From an uncultured archaeon (GTDB lineage: Archaea; Thermoproteota; Nitrososphaeria; Nitrososphaerales; Gagatemarchaeaceae), in the NCBI GenBank assembly GCA_963817525.1, contig CAWFOU010000007.1:704001-768000 (forward strand): a DNA stretch of 64,000 bases, read 5' to 3'. Both the position numbers and the translations under genes were made by a program. The notes under the pieces were generated by a model that was not told the DNA's origin, made no database searches, and was given only the letters and a program-made list of their open reading frames with translations. This document shows positions 38,593 to 46,872 of this stretch, piece after piece; positions within the stretch are counted from its first letter, which is position 1, and the number at the start of each line of letters is the position of its first letter.

Positions 38593-39051
38593 TTGCAATA
38601 CATCAAAGGCGAAGAGGAATACGAAGCTAACGACGGCGCCTTGCTGCCTTCTGTGAGTTTCGCCAAATGCCCGATCAAGATTTCCGCAGGGCTCCTCGGG
38701 AAGAAGTGGACGATGGTGATAATCCGGAATATCGGCTTCCGCAAGATTCAGAGGTTCAACCGCCTCCTCGAGGCAACTCCGGGAATCACCCCCCGAGTGC
38801 TTTCGCAACGCCTCAAGGAGCTGGAACAGGAAGGCTATATTGAAGTCGTCGAGAGAAGGTCGCCGATGTTGGTCAGGTGGGCCCTCACGGAAAAGGGCGA
38901 GGACACCCTTCCCATACTCATGAGCTTCATCGCTTTCGGCTCAAAGTGGTATGCCGACGAGGTGTTCGACGACAAGACCCCGAGGACTCTGAGCCAACTC
39001 TACAATAGCCCTCGGGCAAAAGATATCATCGAGAGGTTTGTGACGAAATAG
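38593..39051 (+). CDS. HxlR-family regulator
   Basis: CPI....LLGKKW, RFN.L....PGIT.RVLSQRLKELE, LTEKG. Confidence 0.92.
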   Translation: MQYIKGEEEYEANDGALLPSVSFAKCPIKISAGLLGKKWTMVIIRNIGFRKIQRFNRLLEATPGITPRVLSQRLKELEQEGYIEVVERRSPMLVRWALTEKGEDTLPILMSFIAFGSKWYADEVFDDKTPRTLSQLYNSPRAKDIIERFVTK

Positions 39052-39106
39052 AAGCGGGTGCGACCCAATGCGAGGATAGCGCAGTCCCCAGTTGAATCGA
39101 AAGGTA

Positions 39107-39225
39107 TGCGGTCGCAGGGATTTGAACCCTGGTTGCCAGCTTGGAGGGCTGAAGTCCTAGACCAGACTTTCCACATGCAGTTGATATGCTGAACGCATAC
39201 CCAACATGTTCTGGACGACGACCGC
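39107..39225 (-). tRNA. tRNA-Gly(UCC) with 44-nt non-canonical D-loop intron (39167-39210) and C33
   Basis: GCGGTCG acceptor, A73; TCAGC-CCTCCAA-GCTGG anticodon arm; GTTCAAATC T-loop; intron removal gives a 75-nt cloverleaf. Confidence 0.85.
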
Positions 39226-39255
39226 GCGAGCACCAGCCCCGATTATCCCTCCTTT

Positions 39256-39927
39256 TTACCGTTGGTCTTTGGCCGCCTTCTCGACCTCGTAAACTACCCG
39301 GGCCGCCACGACGTGGGCGTCCAGCGCTCTCTCGTCGATCCTCGCGAGAGTGTCGAATGCCCTGAGGTCCTTCGTGAGGAAGTGCCCGCGGGGAAAGCCC
39401 CCTACCACCACCGCCGGGTTCTTCTTTCGGGCCAGGTCCCCAGCCAACACCTCTATGCGCACGGGGGCGCCCTGGACGGAGAGGCCGGCCGAGTAGTCTG
39501 TCCCGACGCTCTTCAAAAGCTGGGGTAAGGTCGCGTCCCTCACCTTGACCAGGCCTTCGTCGGGCCTCTCCACCAACAGCTTCTCCATCAGGTTCCTGAA
39601 TCTCGCGTAGCTCTTGGGCGGGCGCGCCCCTTCCGCGAACTCGAGGACCGAGTCGTCGATGGTGTGGATGTAGACCCTGGCCTTCCCTTCCTGGTGTAGG
39701 GGGGTGCTGGTAACGCTCAGAAGCGTAAGGTGGACGAGGTCGGGCCTGCCCCTCCTATAGTCGTCGCTGAGCTTGAGCATCGCGGAGTGGTGGACGCTCC
39801 TGTCGAGGAGGATGCTCCCGGGCTCCAGGTCGCGCCTCTCTGAATCGCTCCGGACCGGCGGCTCGCGCCAGACCTCCTCCGGGATGAGCTCGAGGGCGGC
39901 CTCCGCGATCACAAAATGGAGCTTCAA
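39256..39927 (-). CDS. nep1: rRNA small subunit methyltransferase Nep1/Emg1
   Basis: EAALELIP, LLD.S.H, RGRPDLVH, VGGFPRG. Confidence 0.93.
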   Translation of the reverse strand: MKLHFVIAEAALELIPEEVWREPPVRSDSERRDLEPGSILLDRSVHHSAMLKLSDDYRRGRPDLVHLTLLSVTSTPLHQEGKARVYIHTIDDSVLEFAEGARPPKSYARFRNLMEKLLVERPDEGLVKVRDATLPQLLKSVGTDYSAGLSVQGAPVRIEVLAGDLARKKNPAVVVGGFPRGHFLTKDLRAFDTLARIDERALDAHVVAARVVYEVEKAAKDQR

Positions 39928-39966
39928 GGCGGTCCAGCAAGACTTTTCGACTCGCGATTAATTAGT

Positions 39967-40296
39967 TTGCGCGAGGGGTCGAAAGAGACGCCACCGATAA
40001 AGAGGAAGGAGACGAAGAGGCAGGCGACCGTCGCCGCCAAGGCCCTGCTCGACCTCTCCACCGCGACCGCGCGCGACGACCTCGTCCTCGCGAAGCAGCA
40101 GGCCGCCCTGGCGAGGAAGCTGATGCTGAAGTACAACATCAGGTTCGGCTGGGACCTCAAGAGGTTCTACTGCCATGGCTGCAAGGAGCTCATGGTCCCC
40201 GGGGTGAACGCGAGGGTGAGGCTCACGGGGGGGATGGTCCTGACGACGTGCGCGAATTGCGGGCACGTCAACAGAAAATCCCTGGGGCAGGCTTAA
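39967..40296 (+). CDS. rnp4: RNase P protein Rpp21
   Basis: KRFYCHGC...PGVNARVR....TCANCG; start inferred. Confidence 0.88.
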   Translation: MREGSKETPPIKRKETKRQATVAAKALLDLSTATARDDLVLAKQQAALARKLMLKYNIRFGWDLKRFYCHGCKELMVPGVNARVRLTGGMVLTTCANCGHVNRKSLGQA

Positions 40297-40348
40297 ATAT
40301 TCAAAGGGGAGGGCTGGTCAATCCACTAACCCGGAGCAAAGAGAGCGA

Positions 40349-40804
40349 ATGGTCAAGGTCTACGACGTCCCTGCGGACAAGCTGATCGAGGAGCTCGCCG
40401 GGCACCTGAAGCGGGTCACCGAAATCGAGCCTCCCACGTGGGCGTCGTTCGTCAAGACGGGTTCGCACGCCGACAGGCCGCCGCAGAGGCAGGACTGGTG
40501 GTATGTCAGGGCGGCGTCTCTGATGAGGAAGGTCTACATGCAGGGCCCTGTGGGAATCGAGAAGCTCGAGATAGCCTACGGCGGGAGCAAGCAGCTCGGC
40601 TACTTCCCCAAGCACCACAGGGACGCGGGAAGCTCCGTGATCAGGAACCTCCTAAAGGGCCTGGAGCGGGCGGAGCTCGTCACGAAGCAGGGGACGTCCG
40701 GCAGGGTGCTCACCCCGAAGGGGGTCGCGCTGCTCGACAAGGTCAGCAAAGACATTTTTAAGGAACTCGTGAAGCAGAACCCAGCGCTAGAAAGGTATAG
40801 TTGA
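40349..40804 (+). CDS. rps19e: 30S ribosomal protein S19e
   Basis: PTWASFVKTG, DWWYVRAAS..RK.Y. Confidence 0.96.
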   Translation: MVKVYDVPADKLIEELAGHLKRVTEIEPPTWASFVKTGSHADRPPQRQDWWYVRAASLMRKVYMQGPVGIEKLEIAYGGSKQLGYFPKHHRDAGSSVIRNLLKGLERAELVTKQGTSGRVLTPKGVALLDKVSKDIFKELVKQNPALERYS

Positions 40805-40808
40805 TTTT

Positions 40809-41102
40809 ATGATGGACGAGCAGCACAAGGAGGTTCAGCCGAGGGCGGCGTCCCAGGACGAGGCGTCCAGACGTGCCATGCGCGACAACGTGATGCGCGT
40901 AGCGCTGACCTCGGAGGCTCGTCAGCGCCTGGCAAACATCAGGATGGTAAAGCCAGAGGTGGCGCACGCGATCGAGGAGTACATCATCCAGCTCGTCTCG
41001 TCCGGGAGGCTGAAGAGGACCATCGACGACGACCAGCTCAAGGAGCTCCTGTCGAGCATCCAGGGGACGGGCAAGAGAGAGTTCAAGATCAGGAGGATCT
41101 GA
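40809..41102 (+). CDS. PDCD5-like DNA-binding protein
   Basis: LT.EAR.RL.NI.MVKPE, KREFKIRR. Confidence 0.92.
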   Translation: MMDEQHKEVQPRAASQDEASRRAMRDNVMRVALTSEARQRLANIRMVKPEVAHAIEEYIIQLVSSGRLKRTIDDDQLKELLSSIQGTGKREFKIRRI

Positions 41103-41107
41103 GTGGC

Positions 41108-41266
41108 ATGGGTAGAAATAAGGACGCATCCAAGAAGAACCGCCTCATGAAGGCCAGGAAGGACAACGCCTCTGTCCCCTCGTGGGTCATCGCCAGGACC
41201 AACAGGCAGACAAGGACTAACACAAAGCACAGGGCTTGGAGAAAGACCAAGCTCAGGTTCAAGTAG
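41108..41266 (+). CDS. rpl39e: 50S ribosomal protein L39e (not in ORF track)
   Basis: MGRNK...KK.RL.KA...N..VP.WVI.RT...R.WR.TKL. Confidence 0.93.
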   Translation: MGRNKDASKKNRLMKARKDNASVPSWVIARTNRQTRTNTKHRAWRKTKLRFK

Positions 41267-41300
41267 GCCTCCGCTACCGAGATAACGAGAGGATAGAAAA

Positions 41301-41585
41301 ATGTCGTCAACAAACGTCGAGCCTCTGACCAGGGTGCACATGGTCCCCCTCAGGCGAGCATTCGAGGCGCCAAGGTACCGGAGGACGAAGGTCGCGATAA
41401 GGGTGATACGCGAGTTCACCGTGCGCCACATGAAGGCCACGGAGGTCAAGATCGACAAGGACGTCAACCTCCTGCTGTGGACTCGGGGAATCGGGAACCC
41501 GCCCCGACGCATCAAGCTCGAGATGGAACGAGACGAGGACGGAGTCGTCTCTGTCCGGCTGCCTCCCACCGAAGAGTCATCCTAA
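41301..41585 (+). CDS. rpl31e: 50S ribosomal protein L31e
   Basis: PLRR....PR.RR..AI..IREF..RHMK, W.RGI.NPP. Confidence 0.95.
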   Translation: MSSTNVEPLTRVHMVPLRRAFEAPRYRRTKVAIRVIREFTVRHMKATEVKIDKDVNLLLWTRGIGNPPRRIKLEMERDEDGVVSVRLPPTEESS

Positions 41586-42251
41586 ATGGGTCTTCACCTA
41601 GTCGACCTCTACAGAAGCCCCAACATCGGAATCTTCCTGAAGGCGAACGACAAGGCCATACTGGTGCCCAAGGGGGTAGCGAGCAGCAAGGCTGAGAAGA
41701 TCGGGACCGACCTCGACGTCGAGGTCTGCCAGACGTCGGTGGGGGGGACGCGGTTGCTCGGCCCGCTCATCGCCATGAACAACAAGGGCGTCATCGCCTC
41801 AAGGATGATAGAGGACTACGAGATGGAAGAGATCTCATCCAAGACGGGCCTCAAGGTGGCGAGGCTCGAATCCAGGTTCACCGCGGTGGGGAACCTGGTG
41901 GCCGCCAACGACCACGGGGCGATAGTCTCTCCCGTGCTGGAGCACCACGCGGTGAAGCAGCTCGAGGACACCCTCGGAGTCGAGACGCGCACCATGACCG
42001 TCGGCGAATTCTCCCAGGTGGGGGCCATGATAATCGCAACCAACAGCGGCGCGGCGGTGTCCCCAAGGGCGGGCGAGGAAGAAGCGCTAGAGATCGAGAA
42101 GGTCCTCAAGGTCGAGGCCTCCGCCTCCTCCGTGAACGGCGGGATACCATTCCCGGCCTCGGGGGTGGTCGCAAACTCGAGGAACGCTGTCGCCGGCTTC
42201 CTGACCACCGGGCCTGAGCTGGTCTTCCTCACCCGGGCCCTGAAAGTCTGA
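41586..42251 (+). CDS. eif6: translation initiation factor 6
   Basis: SPNIGIF, AVGNLVAANDHGA, VNGG, TTGPEL. Confidence 0.93.
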   Translation: MGLHLVDLYRSPNIGIFLKANDKAILVPKGVASSKAEKIGTDLDVEVCQTSVGGTRLLGPLIAMNNKGVIASRMIEDYEMEEISSKTGLKVARLESRFTAVGNLVAANDHGAIVSPVLEHHAVKQLEDTLGVETRTMTVGEFSQVGAMIIATNSGAAVSPRAGEEEALEIEKVLKVEASASSVNGGIPFPASGVVANSRNAVAGFLTTGPELVFLTRALKV

Positions 42252-42298
42252 GCAGGCTACCCACTCTTTAAAAGCCCCAGAGGGCTCGGCCCTTCAGT

Positions 42299-42742
42299 TT
42301 GAGCACCGAAGAAGACAGGATGAACAGGCTCCTCCTACAGTCGAGGATGCTCGAGTCCACGTTCAACGAGCTGTCGAACAGGCAGGGGATGCTCGAGAGG
42401 ATGCTCATCGAGAGCCGCGCCTCGCTCGACACCGTCAGGCAGGCGGGCTCCGCCACCGACGAGGTCCTCATCCCGGTGGGCGCCGGCGTCCTGCTCCGAG
42501 CCTCTCCGCCAAAGGCGGACAAAGTCCTCGTGGGCATAGGCGCCAACGTCGTGGTCGAGAAGACCAAGGAGGAGGCCGAGAAGATCCTGGAGGCGAGGGG
42601 GAAGGAGCTAGAGGAGAACATCATCGCGATTCTCACGCAGAGAAACCAGATCGCGCAGAGGTTGGAGGCTGACAGGAGGACCCTGCAGGCGTTCATCGAC
42701 AGGCAGGAGCAGCAACAACTTCAGCAAGGTCAGCAAGGGTAA
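42299..42742 (+). CDS. pfdA: prefoldin alpha subunit
   Basis: EVLIPVGAG, KVLVGIGANVVVEK between coiled coils. Confidence 0.93.
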   Translation: MSTEEDRMNRLLLQSRMLESTFNELSNRQGMLERMLIESRASLDTVRQAGSATDEVLIPVGAGVLLRASPPKADKVLVGIGANVVVEKTKEEAEKILEARGKELEENIIAILTQRNQIAQRLEADRRTLQAFIDRQEQQQLQQGQQG

Positions 42743-43647
42743 TGTTTGATAAGCTCAAAGGGGCGTTCTCCTCACTCGCAAAGGCCGTCTCCGAGAAGAA
42801 GCTCTCTGAGAAAGACCTCGACGAGGCTCTCTTCAACTTCCAGCTCGCCCTGATGGAGAGCGATGTCGCCCAGAACGTCGTCGAGGGCATCACCGGCGAC
42901 CTGAAGAAGCAGCTCCTGGGGATGTCCGTGGAGCGCTCCAAGGACGTCGAGGGGTTCGTGAAAGAGAAGCTCAGGGGAGAGGTGCTCTCGATCTTTACCC
43001 AGGCGGGGGACGTCGACGTCCTGGCGAGGGTGAAGGAGAGCAAGTCCAAGGGCGAGCCGTTCAAGATACTCTTCCTCGGGATAAACGGGACCGGGAAGAC
43101 GACCACGGTCGCGAAGTTCGCAAACTACCTGAAAAAGAACGGATTTTCAGTGGTCATAGCCGCGGGGGACACGCACAGGGCGGGGGCAATCGAACAGGTG
43201 TCAGAGCACGCGAGCCGCATCTCGGCGAAGGTGGTCGCGCAGAGGTACGGGGCAGACCCGGCGGCGGTGGCCAGGGACGGGGTCCTCTACGCCAAGGCGC
43301 ACCACGTCGACGCGGTGCTCATCGACTCCGCGGGGAGGATGCAGACCAACCAGAACCTGATGGAGGAGATGGCCAAGATAGTGCGCGTCGTGACGCCCGA
43401 CCTGAAGATATTCATCGGGGACTCGCTCGCGGGCAACGACGCCGTCTCCCAGGCGGAGCTCTTCAGCAAGTACACCGGGTTCGACGGCGCGATACTGACG
43501 AAGGTCGACGCCGACTCGAAGGGAGGCGCCGCCCTGTCGATAGCCTTCACCACGAAGAGGCCCGTCCTCTTCTTAGGCGTGGGGCAGGGCTACGACGACC
43601 TCAAGAGGTTCGAAGCAAAGTCCTTTGCGGAATCGCTCGTGAACTGA
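42742..43647 (+). CDS. ftsY: SRP receptor FtsY
   Basis: GINGTGKTTT, DTHRAGA, DSAGR, TKVD, GVGQ. Confidence 0.96.
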   Translation: MFDKLKGAFSSLAKAVSEKKLSEKDLDEALFNFQLALMESDVAQNVVEGITGDLKKQLLGMSVERSKDVEGFVKEKLRGEVLSIFTQAGDVDVLARVKESKSKGEPFKILFLGINGTGKTTTVAKFANYLKKNGFSVVIAAGDTHRAGAIEQVSEHASRISAKVVAQRYGADPAAVARDGVLYAKAHHVDAVLIDSAGRMQTNQNLMEEMAKIVRVVTPDLKIFIGDSLAGNDAVSQAELFSKYTGFDGAILTKVDADSKGGAALSIAFTTKRPVLFLGVGQGYDDLKRFEAKSFAESLVN

Positions 43648-43663
43648 CCCGCGCGAAAGCCGA

Positions 43664-43978
43664 CTAGAATTCCGCGAAGAGGTACTTGTTCAGGTTGACC
43701 TTGCCTGCAGAGACCTGGACCCCCTCGCGCGAGAGAAGCTTCGCCTTGGTGGTCGGTCCCTGGCCCCCGGAATATCCGCCTAGGACCCCGTCCGCGCGCA
43801 CGACCCGGTGGCACGGCACGACCACGGGGTTCGGGTTCGCTCCCAGCGCTTGGCCCACAGCCCTAGCAGCTCCGGGGAAGCCCATCGCCTTCGCTATCGC
43901 ACCGTAGGTGGTGACCTTTCCCATCGGAATCATAGACGTCATCGCGTAGACAGAATCGCTGAAGCTCTTTGTTCTCAT
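43664..43978 (-). CDS. O6-methylguanine-DNA methyltransferase (C-terminal domain only)
   Basis: IP.GKVTTYG, ARAVG, VPCHRVV. Confidence 0.9.
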   Translation of the reverse strand: MRTKSFSDSVYAMTSMIPMGKVTTYGAIAKAMGFPGAARAVGQALGANPNPVVVPCHRVVRADGVLGGYSGGQGPTTKAKLLSREGVQVSAGKVNLNKYLFAEF

Positions 43979-44808
43979 ACCCTGATTACCTCGAGGGCGA
44001 ATTGTTTGGCGAGCAATATTACCTTTTCCCTGTGGGGCCCGGCACCCTTCCAGTCCACCATCACGGCCCGGGGGAACTTGGACGTCCTCTGGATGAGCTG
44101 CCCGAACATCTCGCTGTCTATCCACTCGAGGTAGTGCTTGGCGACCACCGCGGAGAGCGCGTACTCGCCCTCGAGCAGCTGATTGTTGAACTTCTGGGGA
44201 TAGTGGGTCCCGCCGAACGCCAGCGCGACCTTGTCCCACTTCTTCCCGGACGCGAGGGACGCCATCAGGGCGTCCGCGATCACCTCGGCGGCGTGCACGT
44301 CCCCCCACTGCTTCTCCGTGGAGCCCAGCTCGACGAAGAGGACGGGCCTCCGGAGCGACGTGGGGCCGTGGTGGGTCGCCTCGATGGTTATCTCGTAGCC
44401 CTCGAGCTGGGACCTCCTGTCGTTGAGCGCGATGAGATAGTTCTTCTGCAAGTCGGGGTCGATCGCCCCCACCTCCCTGGGCCTCGCCCCCAAGACCTCC
44501 TTGTCGGTGAAGTTGCCCGTGGTGTGGACGGTGAGCGAAGGTATCCCCGACTCCGCCCTGTGAGTGGAGAGGAAGATGTAGGCCTGGGGCCTGAAGTACG
44601 CGTCGAGGTCGGGCGGCTCGATTATCTCGTTGTCCATGGTGGCGAGGATTACCGAGCCGTTCTGGAAGAGGTCTCTCGACCCGAACGTAATCCCAGTGGA
44701 CTCGAACCCGTGCCTCCTCGTCAGCGCTGAGGCGATGGTCATCGAGGCGAGGTTCCTTGAGGAGGCCACAAGCACGAAAGTGGGGCTGGCCGGCGGCTGG
44801 GGCATCAT
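43975..44808 (-). CDS. dtdA: D-aminoacyl-tRNA deacylase (archaeal DTD2)
   Basis: S.H......LTVH.TGN, EATHHGPT, FVELGS, GGTHY. Confidence 0.92.
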   Translation of the reverse strand: MMPQPPASPTFVLVASSRNLASMTIASALTRRHGFESTGITFGSRDLFQNGSVILATMDNEIIEPPDLDAYFRPQAYIFLSTHRAESGIPSLTVHTTGNFTDKEVLGARPREVGAIDPDLQKNYLIALNDRRSQLEGYEITIEATHHGPTSLRRPVLFVELGSTEKQWGDVHAAEVIADALMASLASGKKWDKVALAFGGTHYPQKFNNQLLEGEYALSAVVAKHYLEWIDSEMFGQLIQRTSKFPRAVMVDWKGAGPHREKVILLAKQFALEVIRV

Positions 44809-44940
44809 CTGTCGTCGCTCCGTCGGCGACAGGGCGGCCGGAAAAAGGTTGGCCGGAAGCTGTGCAGGGCGGGGCGGCCGCCAAGACGACCAACAAGCCA
44901 TATAAACACGTCCGGGCACGTCGGGCACAAGTAGACCGAA

Positions 44941-45117
44941 TTGGCTTGGCGTGACTTCCTCAGGTCCATGGGCTCAGTGATCAAGATGTCGAGGAAGAGC
45001 GACATGGATGAGTTCTTCCTTTACCTCAAGCTAGTCCTTCTGGGCCTGGGAGTGGTAGGAGTGATAGGCTTCCTGGTGAAGTTGATTTCCACCGCCCTGC
45101 CGCACATCTTCGGCTGA
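44941..45117 (+). CDS. secE: protein translocase SecE/Sec61-gamma (not in ORF track)
   Basis: VIKMSRKSD.DEF...KLV.LG..VVG.IGF; directly upstream of spt5. Confidence 0.88.
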   Translation: MAWRDFLRSMGSVIKMSRKSDMDEFFLYLKLVLLGLGVVGVIGFLVKLISTALPHIFG

Positions 45118-45139
45118 GAAAAGAGATTTGGAGATTACA

Positions 45140-45634
45140 ATGTCATCGACAACAGAGCAGAAACAGACGTCAATCTACCCGGTCAAGACGACCGGAGGGC
45201 AGGAGAGGACCGTGGCAACATTCGTCGCCGAGAGAGCGAAGCAGAAGGGCAAGCCCATCTACTCCATACTCGCCCTCGACACGTGGAAGGGATACGTCCT
45301 GTTCGAGGCTCCCAACTCCCAGGTGGTAGACGAGAGCATCCAGGGGTTCAAGCACATCAGGAGCAAGATCCCCGGGATGATGCAGTTCTCCGACATCGAG
45401 AAGTTCCTCGTGACCAAGTCGATGGTCGCGGAGCTCGGGGAGGGCGACACCGTCGAGATCGTGGCCGGGCCGTTCAAGGGCATGAGGGCCAGGATCACCA
45501 GGATCGAGCAGGCGAAGCAGGAGATCACCGTGGTCCTTGTCGACACCCCCTACCAGATGCCCATCACGCTGAATGCCGGCTACACCAAAATCGTAGAGAA
45601 GGCAAAGCAGCAGCCGCAGGCAGAGAAGCCCTGA
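45140..45634 (+). CDS. spt5: transcription elongation factor Spt5
   Basis: VKTTGGQE, KGYV.FEA, KOW motif GDTVEIVAGPFKG. Confidence 0.96.
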   Translation: MSSTTEQKQTSIYPVKTTGGQERTVATFVAERAKQKGKPIYSILALDTWKGYVLFEAPNSQVVDESIQGFKHIRSKIPGMMQFSDIEKFLVTKSMVAELGEGDTVEIVAGPFKGMRARITRIEQAKQEITVVLVDTPYQMPITLNAGYTKIVEKAKQQPQAEKP

Positions 45635-46731
45635 CCACTCAAGCAAAGGTCGCAGCCGTCGGTCTTCTAGTCCTCGCCCTACTGGTTTCGTCGAACGCCG
45701 TCGCCCTGACCTTCCCGAACCCGCCTGACACGTCGGCGCCCGCTAACACCCAGACCGGAGCCCTGCCTTCTAGCGCCCAGTCGTTCCCCGGCGGCGTCCT
45801 CCTGGCGAAGAACGGGAGCGCCGACCAGAACGTCACCGCGTACGAATTCGTCGCCGAGTTCTTCTGCTTCGACCACAACAACACGTTGGTCTGGAAGCAA
45901 TTCGAGACCGGAATCGGCGAGAGCGTCAGCGGCTCCCTCTCGGCCGCCCAGGCTTCAGGCATCACCGACGCACTGAACTCTGTCAAGCCTCCCAAGACAG
46001 TGTCTCTCAGCGTCAACGTGGGGGAGGTTGACGCCGGGGGCAACCTCACGTACGTGATGCACGCGATGATCTACAACGTGACCACGTACTCGGTATGGAT
46101 AGCGACCCAACAGTCTCCCCCGGTCGAGCAGAGGGTGGGGTACATCACTGTGAGCGTCCCGGTGCAACCTGTGGTGACCAGGCTTTCCCAGGACCTTGCC
46201 GGAAGCTCCTGCAACACCTATGCCTTGCTCAAGTATGGCGCCGGGTTCCAGAGCACGAGCACGGAGTTCTACCAGAGCTCGAACCCCCTCCCATTTGCCA
46301 ACAGCCCGCTCAGCTGGATCGCGGCCCCTCCCGAGGGCGGGTTCTCGCCGATCCTGAGCTACGGCACCGTGAAAGTCCTCTCGGGCGCCTCCGTGGAGGG
46401 GGCGGCCACCATCAAGCCTGGAGAGAACGTGACGTTTGTCCTCCCGCCAGGCAAATACACGGCGGTGGCGGACGTGGCGCTCTTCGGCATCCCGTTCGCC
46501 GCGACCCTCGCGACGTACTCGTCCCCTGTGGGGGCATCGAACGAGCAGTTCACGGTCTCCCTGAACAACATGTACGGCCTCTGGTACGGCATCGAGCTAG
46601 CGATCCTGATCATCGTCGTGGCCGCGCTCTTGATACTCAACCACAGGTTCCACTGGTGGAGGGCCCTGGTCCACGCCTCCAAGTACTCCGGCCGCGGGCT
46701 TCGCTCAACCTGGCGCAGGTTCTGGGACTAG
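45631..46731 (+). CDS. secreted, C-terminally anchored surface protein, paralog 1 (apparent CTG start)
   Basis: Signal peptide, beta-rich body, C-terminal TM plus basic amphipathic tail; CTG overlaps the spt5 TGA. Confidence 0.7.
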   Translation: MTTQAKVAAVGLLVLALLVSSNAVALTFPNPPDTSAPANTQTGALPSSAQSFPGGVLLAKNGSADQNVTAYEFVAEFFCFDHNNTLVWKQFETGIGESVSGSLSAAQASGITDALNSVKPPKTVSLSVNVGEVDAGGNLTYVMHAMIYNVTTYSVWIATQQSPPVEQRVGYITVSVPVQPVVTRLSQDLAGSSCNTYALLKYGAGFQSTSTEFYQSSNPLPFANSPLSWIAAPPEGGFSPILSYGTVKVLSGASVEGAATIKPGENVTFVLPPGKYTAVADVALFGIPFAATLATYSSPVGASNEQFTVSLNNMYGLWYGIELAILIIVVAALLILNHRFHWWRALVHASKYSGRGLRSTWRRFWD

Positions 46732-46761
46732 CGGACCCCGTCGGACTCGAACCCAACCCGA

Positions 46762-46872
46762 GGGATAGCGATGGTCCTGGTCGAAACGCCTAACGAGAAG
46801 CCAGCTCTTAGTGCAGGCAACACGAAGATTCTAGAGAAGGCGAAGCAGTAGCCGTAGGCGAAAGAGCCCTGA
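46762..46872 (+). pseudogene. decayed duplicate of the spt5 3' end
   Basis: Aligns to ~45521-45634 (IAMVLVETP..TKILEKAKQ*P*AKEP*), with CAG>TAG stops. Confidence 0.75.

Noticed and set aside
39175-39205. Nested second intron within the tRNA-Gly intron
   Set aside because: Only one 3-nt bulge is convincing; no complete second BHB
43664-44896. 410-aa MGMT fusion ORF
   Set aside because: The upstream part is a shadow frame of dtdA; MGMT starts at 43978
45283-45630. N-terminal 116 aa of the 482-aa ORF
   Set aside because: Out-of-frame shadow of spt5; the protein-like sequence begins at the signal peptide
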